Notes: generated by a model from the sequence alone, not told the origin. A DNA stretch of 64,000 bases from Candidatus Moraniibacteriota bacterium (GCA_038208115.1 JBBQZC010000001.1:77977-141976); one strand, 5' to 3'. Numbered from the stretch's first letter, positions 9,627 through 18,666 are shown. A program made the numbers and translations.

Positions 9627-9676
9627 GTATTATTTGTACATTACACATACTATCAGCATACATCATTTTCTCATTT
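9627..9676 (-). promoter_or_regulatory. conserved ~45-bp upstream element (copy 1), shared with 13640-13690
   Basis: tattatttgtacattacacatactatcagcatacatcattttctca lies 7-55 nt upstream of the start of 8586-9620. A near-identical copy lies upstream of 13158-13634. Confidence 0.4.
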
Positions 9677-9693
9677 TTACATAGACAAAATCT

Positions 9694-10512
9694 TTGACCA
9701 TATATAATAAATATGGCATCATTAAGGGACTATTTGAATCAATTATATTCATGTTATCAAGAAAAAGCATCATCATACAAAACCGCAATATCACATATTA
9801 TCACAGTACGCACATAGAAAAAAATAATATTGTTTTTTTTCTACATGGTTGGGGTTCGCAAGCGCTGCATTTTCAGAAAACGCTTAAAAAATGCAAAAAC
9901 TTCATAGCTGTTGATCTCCCAGGATTTGGCGATAGTGAATCACCTACTTCACCATGGTCATTGGATGATTATGTAGATTTTATCAAAGAATTTCTTAAAA
10001 AAATAAACATACAAAATCCGATTATTGCTGGACATTCGTTTGGCGGAAGCATTGGAATCAAATATTGTGCCCAAGGCAATGCGGCACAAAAATTAATATT
10101 AATCGGAAGTTCTGGCATCCGCCCAAAAACTGCAAAAAAACATGGATTATATATTATCACTAAAATTTGCAAAATCCCTTTCTCATTACCAGGTATACGC
10201 ACATTTAAAGATGCTGTACGAAATTGGTTTTATAAAAAAATAGATTCCGAAGATTATATCCATGCAGGGACATTAACAGAAACATACAAAAAAATTATTG
10301 ACGAAGACCTGACTGCAGAATTACAAAAAATTTATTCACCAACAATCCTCATCTGGGGAGAAAATGATATAGACACCCCACTAGAAAATGGAAAGCGTAT
10401 AAAAAAACTAATCAAAAACTCTCAATTATTCATCATTCCAAATGCTGGACATTACGTTTTTCTCGATGAACAAATGAAGTTCGAAGAAATATTTTTATCA
10501 CATATACAATGA
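9694..10512 (+). CDS. alpha/beta-fold hydrolase
   Basis: HGWGS oxyanion region, nucleophile elbow GHSFGG, and a C-terminal GHYVF catalytic His. 272 aa. Confidence 0.7.
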   Translation: MTIYNKYGIIKGLFESIIFMLSRKSIIIQNRNITYYHSTHIEKNNIVFFLHGWGSQALHFQKTLKKCKNFIAVDLPGFGDSESPTSPWSLDDYVDFIKEFLKKINIQNPIIAGHSFGGSIGIKYCAQGNAAQKLILIGSSGIRPKTAKKHGLYIITKICKIPFSLPGIRTFKDAVRNWFYKKIDSEDYIHAGTLTETYKKIIDEDLTAELQKIYSPTILIWGENDIDTPLENGKRIKKLIKNSQLFIIPNAGHYVFLDEQMKFEEIFLSHIQ

Positions 10513-11873
10513 TACTCAAAAACCTGATTTATATCTTGCAAAGTGAAAATTACGATTTCAAGAGATTTATTGCATTTGCATACACACATGTTGCCTGGTG
10601 GCATTTGGAGAATCGTCAAAAGATCATGTGGACTTTCAAGGCGCAACTTCTATGGATTCTTACCGCCACATTTTTTTGGAGCATTACTGGATTATTTTTT
10701 ACAATCTATAATATTCACGGATTAATCACTATTCCCTTTCTCATAATAATTCTACCCATACTCATTGGCATATCTCTGATGTGTATTACACCAATAGATT
10801 TTTTATTAAAGCGGAGAATGATACGCACTGCAGAACATATCATTTCAACAAGTAAAACACGCGTAATCGGCATTGCTGGAAGCTATGGTAAAACAAGTAC
10901 AAAAGAAATATTATCAACAATTCTTTCACAAAAATATGAGATCATCAAAACACCAGAAAACATCAATACTGACATTGGCATTGCTGATTTCATCATAAAA
11001 AATAAAAAGAAATTTAGTCCTGAGACAATATTTGTCGTAGAAATGGGTGCATATAAAAAAGGTGAAATTGAAAAAATTTGTAAAATGGTACGCCCCACGC
11101 ATTCCATTCTCACAGGAATTAATGAATCACACTTAGAACGATTTGGTAGTATAAAGAATATCATTCATGCTAAATTTGAACTTCCCCAAAACACTACAGG
11201 TTTAGCAATGCTCAATTTTGATGATACAAACATCGCTCAAAATCATGCACGTTTCTCAATCAAAAATAGTATAGGACTAACGAAGTCACATGTGCAACAC
11301 ATCCGCATAAAAGAAAAATTTTCAGGGTTAGAATTTAAATGGTTGGACATCTTGTATACAACAGACGTGCTTGCAGAGCACAATATTACCTTAATATTGC
11401 TATGCATTAAAATCGCTCAACAGCTCATGCTATCTCCGGATCAAATATTCAGAGGTATAGAAAAATTACAGCCAATTGAACATCGTTTGCAACCGATTTA
11501 TAACGCTCATACAGACATTATGGTCATTGATGATAGTTATAATGGAAATGTAAACGGTATTAAAAGTGGTATAGAAGTCCTCAATAGAGCCGCTGGCAGA
11601 AAAGTCGTATTGACACCAGGGCTCGTTGAGTTAGGATTTAAATCAATGGATATCCATACTGACATTGCAGACCTTTACATAAAACACGCTGACCTTGTCC
11701 TACTCATAAAAAATAAAATGACCAACCATATTATTACAAGATTTAAAAAGAATAAATTTGTACGATACAAAATATATGAGACGACTGAAGAGGCACACGA
11801 TGATCTAAAAAATGTACTTCAACGTGGTGATACAATTATTTTTCAAAATGATCTCACGGATAATTATTTTTAA
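10509..11873 (+). CDS. Mur-ligase-family protein, MurF-like, with a hydrophobic N-terminal segment
   Basis: Mur ligase P-loop VIGIAGSYGKTSTKEIL followed by TPENINTDIGIADFII (cf. MurF GNxNNxIGxP), EMGAYKKGEI and HLERFGS motifs. Residues ~40-105 are strongly hydrophobic (2-3 predicted TM helices) where MurF normally has its soluble N-domain. ATGA overlap with the upstream gene. ddl follows immediately. Confidence 0.65.
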   Translation: MILKNLIYILQSENYDFKRFIAFAYTHVAWWHLENRQKIMWTFKAQLLWILTATFFWSITGLFFTIYNIHGLITIPFLIIILPILIGISLMCITPIDFLLKRRMIRTAEHIISTSKTRVIGIAGSYGKTSTKEILSTILSQKYEIIKTPENINTDIGIADFIIKNKKKFSPETIFVVEMGAYKKGEIEKICKMVRPTHSILTGINESHLERFGSIKNIIHAKFELPQNTTGLAMLNFDDTNIAQNHARFSIKNSIGLTKSHVQHIRIKEKFSGLEFKWLDILYTTDVLAEHNITLILLCIKIAQQLMLSPDQIFRGIEKLQPIEHRLQPIYNAHTDIMVIDDSYNGNVNGIKSGIEVLNRAAGRKVVLTPGLVELGFKSMDIHTDIADLYIKHADLVLLIKNKMTNHIITRFKKNKFVRYKIYETTEEAHDDLKNVLQRGDTIIFQNDLTDNYF

Positions 11874-11884
11874 TTACAAAAAAT

Positions 11885-13072
11885 ATGAATTCTCCCACAA
11901 ATAAAATGACGATTGGTGTGTTTTTCGGAAGCAGAAATCCAGAACATGATGTTTCCATCATCACAGGACAGCTAATCATATCTGAGTTGAAAAAACGTGG
12001 TTACACAGTTATTCCAATTTATATTGACAAAAATGGTGATTGGTTTTCGCATGAAAAATTAGGAACTCTAAAATTTTTTACCGACCAAAACTTTGACGAA
12101 AAATTGAAAGAGATGACTACGTGTACAATCAAATTCAATGCTCAAAATCACACTTTGATTATCAAAAATAAAAAAATATTATCCAAAGAAATCATCATTG
12201 ATCTTGCGTTTCCCGCTTTTCATGGCATGAATGGTGAAGATGGTACTGTACAAGGATTGTTTGAGCTCAGCAATATCCCGTATGTCGGTTGTGATGTATC
12301 TAGCTCAGCCATGACAATGGATAAGATTATTACAAAACAAATTTATAAAAGCGCAGAAATCCAGACAACTGCATTTACCTATTTTACACAAATTGATTGG
12401 GCCACAAACAAAGATTTGGTCCTCAGCAGAATACAATTATTGAATTGGCCCTTATTTGTTAAGCCTGCAAGATTAGGTTCTTCCATAGGAATCACCAAGG
12501 CACGAGATACGCAAGAATTAGAAAATGCGTGTGAAGTCGCACTACATTATGATAATCGGATTATTGTTGAGGAAAGTGTAGAAAATCTCAAGGACATTAC
12601 CTGTGCAGTACTCGGCAATGCAGAACCAATGCCATCACTCATACAAGAATCATCTTTCCGCGGAGAACATTTTAGTTATGAAGCAAAGTATCTCGAGGAT
12701 GGAGGTGCTCAACTCGGCAATGCACAAAACAGTATCATTATCCCAGCAAACATTAATAAAGAAACCACTAAAAAAGTACAAGATATGGCTGTAGAGATTT
12801 ACAAACTATTCGGTTGTACAGGAACCGCACGAGTCGATTTTCTTTATGATACAAAAGAAGAAAAAGTATATGCGAATGAAATCAATACTATGCCGGGCAC
12901 ACTCTACCACCATTTATGGAAAGCGAGCGGAATAGAAATAAGCACGTTATTAGAAAAACTCATTGATTTAGCAAATCAACAGCATAAAGAAAAAAATAAG
13001 ATCACTATGACATTCAAATCAAATCTCCTCAATCATGCAAATTCTATAAAATTACAGATTGAGAGAGACTGA
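11885..13072 (+). CDS. ddl: D-alanine--D-alanine ligase
   Basis: IGVFFGSRNPEHDVSIITG N-terminal motif, an ATP-grasp core, and the C-terminal ARVDFLYD...YANEINTMPG. Confidence 0.85.
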   Translation: MNSPTNKMTIGVFFGSRNPEHDVSIITGQLIISELKKRGYTVIPIYIDKNGDWFSHEKLGTLKFFTDQNFDEKLKEMTTCTIKFNAQNHTLIIKNKKILSKEIIIDLAFPAFHGMNGEDGTVQGLFELSNIPYVGCDVSSSAMTMDKIITKQIYKSAEIQTTAFTYFTQIDWATNKDLVLSRIQLLNWPLFVKPARLGSSIGITKARDTQELENACEVALHYDNRIIVEESVENLKDITCAVLGNAEPMPSLIQESSFRGEHFSYEAKYLEDGGAQLGNAQNSIIIPANINKETTKKVQDMAVEIYKLFGCTGTARVDFLYDTKEEKVYANEINTMPGTLYHHLWKASGIEISTLLEKLIDLANQQHKEKNKITMTFKSNLLNHANSIKLQIERD

Positions 13073-13157
13073 CTCATGCAAATGTAAAACTTAATAGTTC
13101 ATTTTCTGGATTACATACCACACTGTTTTGTATTTTATTCATATCGCTACACACAAT

Positions 13158-13634
13158 TCAAATTTTCTTACACTTTTCTACATATGCATCGACTCTGTCT
13201 TCTGCGGTATTTTTTATTACTTCAATTTTTTTTAGAGCAATCGTTGCTATTGGTTCTTTTTTAATAGTTTGCGCCATTTCCACAAAGGCGCGCTTATCCC
13301 CGCTACCCCCCATTGTACAAAAAAATGCTACTTCAGGAAATTCATCCTTATGATCTGTGAGATATGTACGAACAGGCACAGACATATTCCAAGACCAAAT
13401 CGGTGTACCTATTACCACGAGATCATAGTCGCGCAAATTTGTAGTTGATTTTTCTAGTACGGTGAGCTTTCGCAAAGTTGCATCCCTCCCTGAGATCAGA
13501 TATCCCATACCACCTTTTCGATCCACCGTATCTTTGATTTCTTCCAGATCTGCAGAAAGTTTTTCAGCCAACATCTTCGCTAGCTTCTTCGTTGTTTCTG
13601 TGCGTGAATAATACACAATAAGAATTTTTTTCAT
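13158..13634 (-). CDS. flavodoxin-like fold protein
   Basis: 158 aa. MKKILIVYYSRTETTKKLA is a flavodoxin-like N-terminal beta-strand/P-loop-like region. Carries the conserved 45-bp upstream element. Confidence 0.5.
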   Translation of the reverse strand: MKKILIVYYSRTETTKKLAKMLAEKLSADLEEIKDTVDRKGGMGYLISGRDATLRKLTVLEKSTTNLRDYDLVVIGTPIWSWNMSVPVRTYLTDHKDEFPEVAFFCTMGGSGDKRAFVEMAQTIKKEPIATIALKKIEVIKNTAEDRVDAYVEKCKKI

Positions 13635-13639
13635 AATAA

Positions 13640-13690
13640 CCTATTATTTATAAATTACACATATCATCAGCATACATCATTTTCTCAACA
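13640..13690 (-). promoter_or_regulatory. conserved ~45-bp upstream element (copy 2)
   Basis: tattatttataaattacacatatcatcagcatacatcattttctca, starting 6 nt upstream of the flavodoxin-like gene's start codon. Confidence 0.4.
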
Positions 13691-13820
13691 ATTCACTGTG
13701 ACCAGATGTGTATATTTGATTTTTTGTGCATTTTTTGACATGTAATTTATTGAGTGAATTTTTTTATATCTTCTAAACCTAATTAATGTGATAGAAAATT
13801 TCTTGAAAACAGAAAAAAGA

Positions 13821-16439
13821 TTATTTCACCTTAAAATATATCACTTTACTTTTTTTTCCGGTCTTACTATCCACTGCATACCAATAGTATGTACCTTTAG
13901 GTTTTTTTGGAGGAATGACATAGGTGACAACGAAGGCGCCTTTCTTGTTGGTATTCACTGTTTCTGGAGGATAGTAACCACCTCCGTATTTTCCGAAATA
14001 TAAGATAGCTACATTGTTCTTGGAAAATCCACGGCCTGACTGATAAAGAGTTTCTCCGACATTTAGTTGCTTTTTAGAATTTTTGATATCCCTTTTTGGC
14101 TTTGCCACTTTTTTAACTTTATTCTCACTATTTTGTGATCCATTAGAAATAATATAATTCTCGACCATCATCTGACTATTAGCCATGTTTTCCTTAGTAG
14201 CTATTGCCTTCAAAGTGACAGATTGAGAAATACTAAAAGAAGACACGTACTTATTGGATGCAGATGTGGGGACAGATCCATCGATAGTATAATAGATCAT
14301 CGCATCAGGAGTGGTCGTGGAAAGAGCGATGAGCTGTGCTCCTACATACGATCCTCCTGGTGAAGAAGCTTGAGGCAAAACGACTTGACCCGGCCTATTT
14401 ATTATATAAGAATACACTTCAATATCACTATCAATCATACTAGCCTTAGTAGCAAAAGCTTTTAGAGTAGTCGTTTGAGATATTGTGATTGGTTGATCAT
14501 ACACACGTGACGATACAGTCGGACTTGAGCCATCAATAGTATAGTGGATTGCAGATCCTTGAGTTTCCGAAGTTAACGTGACTGTTTGTGATAAATTGAA
14601 GGTGCCTTCATCTGGAGAGGCGACAGGACTCACTGTCTTGGCTTGAACAACGGCCAATGTTGTAAAGATTATTTCACTTCCATAACTAGATCCAGCAGAA
14701 TTGACAGCTTTGGATCTGACGTAATAAGTAGTATCTGGACTCAAGTTAATAATATTACACGAATATACACCTAATCCTCCTGCACCCGCATTGCAAGAAT
14801 TAGAGTAACTTCCAGAAACAGTGCCCCATTCAATGTATCGTGTAGGATTTTCTCCACCGGTGTTTGAGATGTTTCCATTTCCGGTAGCCGAGGAAGTCGT
14901 AATAACAGAAACTGATTGGGTGACAACAGTGGGAGTGGCGACTGCCGTAGTAAAACCAGTCTGAGATCCATAGGATATACCAGCTGTGTTGATCGCCATG
15001 GCTTGGACATAGTATGTTGTACCTGGAGAAAGAGAGGTCAAATTACACGCATAGAGTCCAGTACTTCCAAATCCAGCTGAACATGAATTAGGATATGGCC
15101 CTCCATTAACAGTTCCCCAAGTGATATATCTTGCGGGATTATCCCCTCCGTTATTTGTGATATTCCCATTACCTACTGCTGAAAAAGATGTGATACTTTC
15201 TACCGCATCCGTTTCAACAACAGGAGTGACAATTGGGGTGGGCACATTAACAATAAAGTCATTTATCATCAGTACATTTGAAGGATTATTCAACGAATTT
15301 GTAACGACTATTTTGCAATTTGCATACTCACCATTAGTCAGGGTGTTGAATGTTATATCGTTATTTCCTGCGATTGCATTAGTAGTAGCACTTGAACATC
15401 CCCCTAAATATGCAATGACACCTGCCTCAGAAGAGTAGAAAGTGTAATCAGGGGTATTATCTGCCGTAGGTGATTGAACTGCAGTAACCTGATTGATAAC
15501 AGGTGCCACTAAATCGCTCGGACACGAGACGTCTATACTGTCACGTAGGGACTTGTAATAACATTTCCCAAGCAAAAGAACAGAAGGAGCATCTATGTGC
15601 CAGATATCCGGCCTTGGCAAATCCTTTGTATCGACCGTATATACATTTGCATTATCCTGCCCGAACGCAACTTGAATAGACCTAAGCGCAGGCACCTCCT
15701 GATGCCCGATGGGCCACTCTCGACTTATCAAAGTCATAATCATTGACATATTTGGCGCAGAAAATCTGCTTTTTATAGCTTCAAAAAATTCCTTGGTTTG
15801 TAATGTATAATTATATACGCCCGCTGCTAATCCCACTTCAGAATCATTTTCACCTTGGAACCAAATAAGTGATTTGTATTCGTAGTTTTGAGACGGAAAT
15901 TGTGTTGCCAAACTATTCATTAGATTATTTCCCAATCCATAATTTCCACTCAAAATTGTACCTCCAACATCTTGAATAGTGCTACTTGTTCCGTTTGCAA
16001 TACATTCCCTATTTGTTATTACATCCCAATTCTTTATTCTCCATTGACATGAATCGGTTCCTCCCATCGCATATTTTACTATAACGATTTTTCTGTCAGG
16101 ATAGAGTGCGGCAATTTGTTTAGACAATCCGACTTCCGGACCGAAAAAAGTTGATTGTGCTGGAAGATATTCAGTATATTGTGTCGAAACAAAATTTGTT
16201 TTTTTCTGAAATCCATAACTCTCTTCCCCTGGAACCATAGCATAAAAATCGACATTTTCCGGAATAACATCATTACCCGAGCCTATTTGATCGATCATAG
16301 CCCCATACGTCAACATATTTGATTGTCCTGATAAAACAAAAAGCAAAGGACGATTATCGGCTTTAACAAAACGTATATTACAAAATAGACAGACTATAAT
16401 TATCATCCCAAAAAATGTATTTTTCATATTATTGTACAT
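13821..16439 (-). CDS. large secreted multidomain surface protein: SASA/DUF303-type carbohydrate esterase domain + 2 FN3-like + 2 CHB_HEX_C-like repeats + C-terminal Lys-rich beta domain
   Basis: Signal peptide. The SGQSNM motif is typical of sialate-O-acetylesterase-like (SGNH/DUF303) esterases. Two ~90-aa repeats end in TTYYV(Q/R)A...NSAG(S/I)SYGS (FN3-like). Two repeats of type ...GT(F/Y)...(T/S)VTL...IHYT(I/L)DGS.PT.(S/A)...Y..PI.ISQ(T/S)TTLKA (chitobiase/hexosaminidase C-terminal-like). 872 aa. Confidence 0.7.
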   Translation of the reverse strand: MYNNMKNTFFGMIIIVCLFCNIRFVKADNRPLLFVLSGQSNMLTYGAMIDQIGSGNDVIPENVDFYAMVPGEESYGFQKKTNFVSTQYTEYLPAQSTFFGPEVGLSKQIAALYPDRKIVIVKYAMGGTDSCQWRIKNWDVITNRECIANGTSSTIQDVGGTILSGNYGLGNNLMNSLATQFPSQNYEYKSLIWFQGENDSEVGLAAGVYNYTLQTKEFFEAIKSRFSAPNMSMIMTLISREWPIGHQEVPALRSIQVAFGQDNANVYTVDTKDLPRPDIWHIDAPSVLLLGKCYYKSLRDSIDVSCPSDLVAPVINQVTAVQSPTADNTPDYTFYSSEAGVIAYLGGCSSATTNAIAGNNDITFNTLTNGEYANCKIVVTNSLNNPSNVLMINDFIVNVPTPIVTPVVETDAVESITSFSAVGNGNITNNGGDNPARYITWGTVNGGPYPNSCSAGFGSTGLYACNLTSLSPGTTYYVQAMAINTAGISYGSQTGFTTAVATPTVVTQSVSVITTSSATGNGNISNTGGENPTRYIEWGTVSGSYSNSCNAGAGGLGVYSCNIINLSPDTTYYVRSKAVNSAGSSYGSEIIFTTLAVVQAKTVSPVASPDEGTFNLSQTVTLTSETQGSAIHYTIDGSSPTVSSRVYDQPITISQTTTLKAFATKASMIDSDIEVYSYIINRPGQVVLPQASSPGGSYVGAQLIALSTTTPDAMIYYTIDGSVPTSASNKYVSSFSISQSVTLKAIATKENMANSQMMVENYIISNGSQNSENKVKKVAKPKRDIKNSKKQLNVGETLYQSGRGFSKNNVAILYFGKYGGGYYPPETVNTNKKGAFVVTYVIPPKKPKGTYYWYAVDSKTGKKSKVIYFKVK

Positions 16440-16441
16440 TA

Positions 16442-17290
16442 TTACTTATTTATATTACTTAATAACTCGCGATGCAATACATCATTAGTTGCTGCAACTG
16501 GATAATAGACATACTCCTGATTATTTTGAAATATTTTTAAATATTCTACAGGATCAAAATATTTTCCACTTAGATCAGAAACAACGCAACCATTTTTTTG
16601 CGCAACAGTACACGCAAACATTTCATATAATTTCTCTCCACCAATCGGATCAATATATGCATCAATAAAACCGCTTGCCAATTTTAACCAATAAATATGT
16701 CCACTGCTCACAATAACTCTTTTGGCTTCTTTTAGAATCTCAGCAAATCTACCCATTTCTCTTCTTTCCTCACGATTTTCCAAAGTAACAACAATCCAAG
16801 AATCTTTAATTTTTTCATTTTTTATATGCGCAAATACAATTTCTTCTCCAGATTGAACTTGATAAAAATGAGTAGACCCATCTTCCACAATACCAATAAT
16901 TCCTGTTTGAAAATCCATAATCGCTGACGTGATAAATTCATAATCATAACTAAAAATAGATATGCCTATGGCTGCTTCATGAAAAGTACGTGATGCCAAA
17001 GAACTGTTGCAAAAAGGGTCATAGATCACTCTATATAATTTGTCTCCACATTCAGAGAAACCACTTTCTTCTGAAAAGATCTGTCCTGAGATATTGTATT
17101 TTTTGATGTTATTTTTAATTATGTTGTCAAGTGCAATATCAAAGCTATATTGAATATTATCATCTTCTTTGATTTTGATCTGCCGAGATAATTCTAACGA
17201 AAAATTCTGATAATGTGACAATTGAGGTCGCATAAATTCAAAAGCATCCTGAAAAGCGGAAAAAATAAATTGGGAGATTTTTTGATCCAT
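16442..17290 (-). CDS. inositol-monophosphatase/FBPase/CysQ superfamily-like protein (divergent)
   Basis: FSEESG (EE metal motif), IYDPF (partial DPxD motif) and YIDPIGGEKL. Assigned by pattern only. Confidence 0.4.
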   Translation of the reverse strand: MDQKISQFIFSAFQDAFEFMRPQLSHYQNFSLELSRQIKIKEDDNIQYSFDIALDNIIKNNIKKYNISGQIFSEESGFSECGDKLYRVIYDPFCNSSLASRTFHEAAIGISIFSYDYEFITSAIMDFQTGIIGIVEDGSTHFYQVQSGEEIVFAHIKNEKIKDSWIVVTLENREERREMGRFAEILKEAKRVIVSSGHIYWLKLASGFIDAYIDPIGGEKLYEMFACTVAQKNGCVVSDLSGKYFDPVEYLKIFQNNQEYVYYPVAATNDVLHRELLSNINK

Positions 17291-17303
17291 AATATTATTG
17301 TTT

Positions 17304-17852
17304 TTACGACTTATGTAAAATATTTTGAATACCCATCAGTGCTTCTATCCAGTATTCACCATGAGGAACATATTTATCAGGATTTTTTTTCATGTCCTCT
17401 ATAATCACATGCGGAGAGAGAAAACTAATTTTCTGAACTTCCTCAACCTGTAACACTAAATTATCAATGTTACCATCAAACTTCAAGAAATATATATAAT
17501 AAAACTCATTATTTATGATATCTTTATCAATAATATTGCCTTTTATAATTTTAAAGAATTGGAGATCTTCTTTTGCGACTATAAGACCAATCTCCTCCTC
17601 CAGTTCTCTTAATGCTGCCGTAGAAGGCTCTTCATGTGCACTGACGTGTCCCGCAGCCGCTTTATCCCAAACATTTGGACAAAATAATTTCTCTTTCGCT
17701 CGTAACTGGAGCAATATCTTTCCATGTGAATTATATATCCACATATGCGCCGCCCTATGCCATAGCCCATCTCTATGTGCTTCACTTTTCATTTTTTGAA
17801 TACCTGTAAGATTATTAGATTCATCACAAATATCTATAAGTTCATCTACCAT
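17304..17852 (-). CDS. NUDIX hydrolase (IPP-isomerase-like N-terminal region)
   Basis: Nudix box GHVSAHEEPSTAALRELEEEIGL (G-x5-E-x7-REUxEExGU). GLWHRAAHMWIYN resembles type-1 IDI/Nudix. Confidence 0.75.
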   Translation of the reverse strand: MVDELIDICDESNNLTGIQKMKSEAHRDGLWHRAAHMWIYNSHGKILLQLRAKEKLFCPNVWDKAAAGHVSAHEEPSTAALRELEEEIGLIVAKEDLQFFKIIKGNIIDKDIINNEFYYIYFLKFDGNIDNLVLQVEEVQKISFLSPHVIIEDMKKNPDKYVPHGEYWIEALMGIQNILHKS

Positions 17853-17925
17853 ATACTTTTCTTACAATCAAAATGTTACTGAGTGATAATCCAACCTATT
17901 ATAAATTATCAAAAATTTTATGATC

Positions 17926-18279
17926 TTACTTTCTCCAATATACATCAAATTCTTTAAGATCATCAGTTAGCTTATCATCATCTCCGTCAAATTTGACACA
18001 TCGATCATCGATATATACAACTGATGGATATGTGATATTTGTCACTTCTATTATTGGAAATGCATTATCACTAAGTCATTTGTTTATCAATTTTGGTTTT
18101 CTCGTCGTAAAAACAACTGGCTTATATCCTGCGTCAATCAATTTCTAGATAAATTCTTTTGCACCCACAATAGGCACTCCAGTAATTTTTTCCCCTTTCC
18201 ATCCATCATATTGGGATAAAACACCATCAAAATCAATTGATACAATACGCTCTTTGACCCAATCATGCTTCACTTCCAT
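17926..18279 (-). pseudogene. HAD-superfamily 5'(3')-deoxyribonucleotidase-like phosphatase, disrupted by two in-frame stops
   Basis: The minus-strand frame reads MEVKHDWVKERIVSIDFDGVLSQYDGWKG...GAKEFI*KLIDAGYKPVVFTTRKPKLINK*LSDNAFP...VVYIDDRCVKFDGDDD. It has the HAD motif I (DFDGVL) and motif-III-like IDDR, but an in-frame TAG and an in-frame TGA. No ORF of 60 aa or more is in the track here. Confidence 0.6.
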
Positions 18280-18290
18280 AAAAAATATTA

Positions 18291-18497
18291 TTAAATTATC
18301 GCTACAGAGATATTTACTTCAAAATCCTCTAAAATATGTAAATTATTTGAATAAATTTTATGTTCTTCATGTGCGACAAATCCAACAGGATCAACCAAAC
18401 ATCCGGAAATAGTATTAGCATGTAGATGTTTTTTAAACAGATATTCTGCACTCATTCTCCTGGAAACATTGCCTGTACATATAAATAAAATACTTTT
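18291..18497 (-). pseudogene. N-terminal fragment of a low-molecular-weight protein-tyrosine phosphatase/ArsC-like gene (no start codon, truncated)
   Basis: The minus frame reads KSILFICTGNVSRRMSAEYLFKKHL..., i.e. the CX5R P-loop (CTGNVSR) of LMW-PTP. It is preceded by a TAA with no ATG and terminates after ~60 codons. Confidence 0.5.
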
Positions 18498-18561
18498 TTA
18501 ATTAATAATTAGGGAAATCAATTGATCTCCCTGAGCACATATGCTCCTGCGTTATAAATAT

Positions 18562-18666
18562 TCAATGGCCCAATCTGTAGAGAAGATAATTCAACTTCTC
18601 CCAAATTTTTTTTTGAAACACAAGAATTGTGACAACTACTGACACGATGATCAAAAAAATCGTCAT
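18562..18666 (-). CDS. possible small hydrophobic peptide (34 aa)
   Basis: GGGAGGAG sits 5 nt upstream of the ATG (plus strand cctcccatg at 18671-18679). Peptide MTIFLIIVSVVVTILVFQKKIWEKLNYLLYRLGH has one TM helix. Not in the >=60-aa track. Confidence 0.25.
   Translation of the reverse strand: MTIFLIIVSVVVTILVFQKKIWEKLNYLLYRLGH

Noticed and set aside
9840-9870. The sequence ggttcgcaag looked like the start of a tRNA T-arm.
   Set aside because: It lies inside the alpha/beta hydrolase CDS (encoding HGWGSQALH), and no cloverleaf can be built. No tRNA, rRNA or CRISPR repeat-spacer structure was found anywhere in the window by eye.
17926-18279. In-frame TGA in an otherwise clean HAD phosphatase frame suggested genetic code 25 (UGA=Gly, as in Gracilibacteria/SR1).
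   Set aside because: Several long, well-supported genes in the window terminate at TGA (e.g. 9694-10512 ends in TGA immediately overlapping the next start). The same frame also contains an in-frame TAG. A pseudogene under standard code 11 explains it better.
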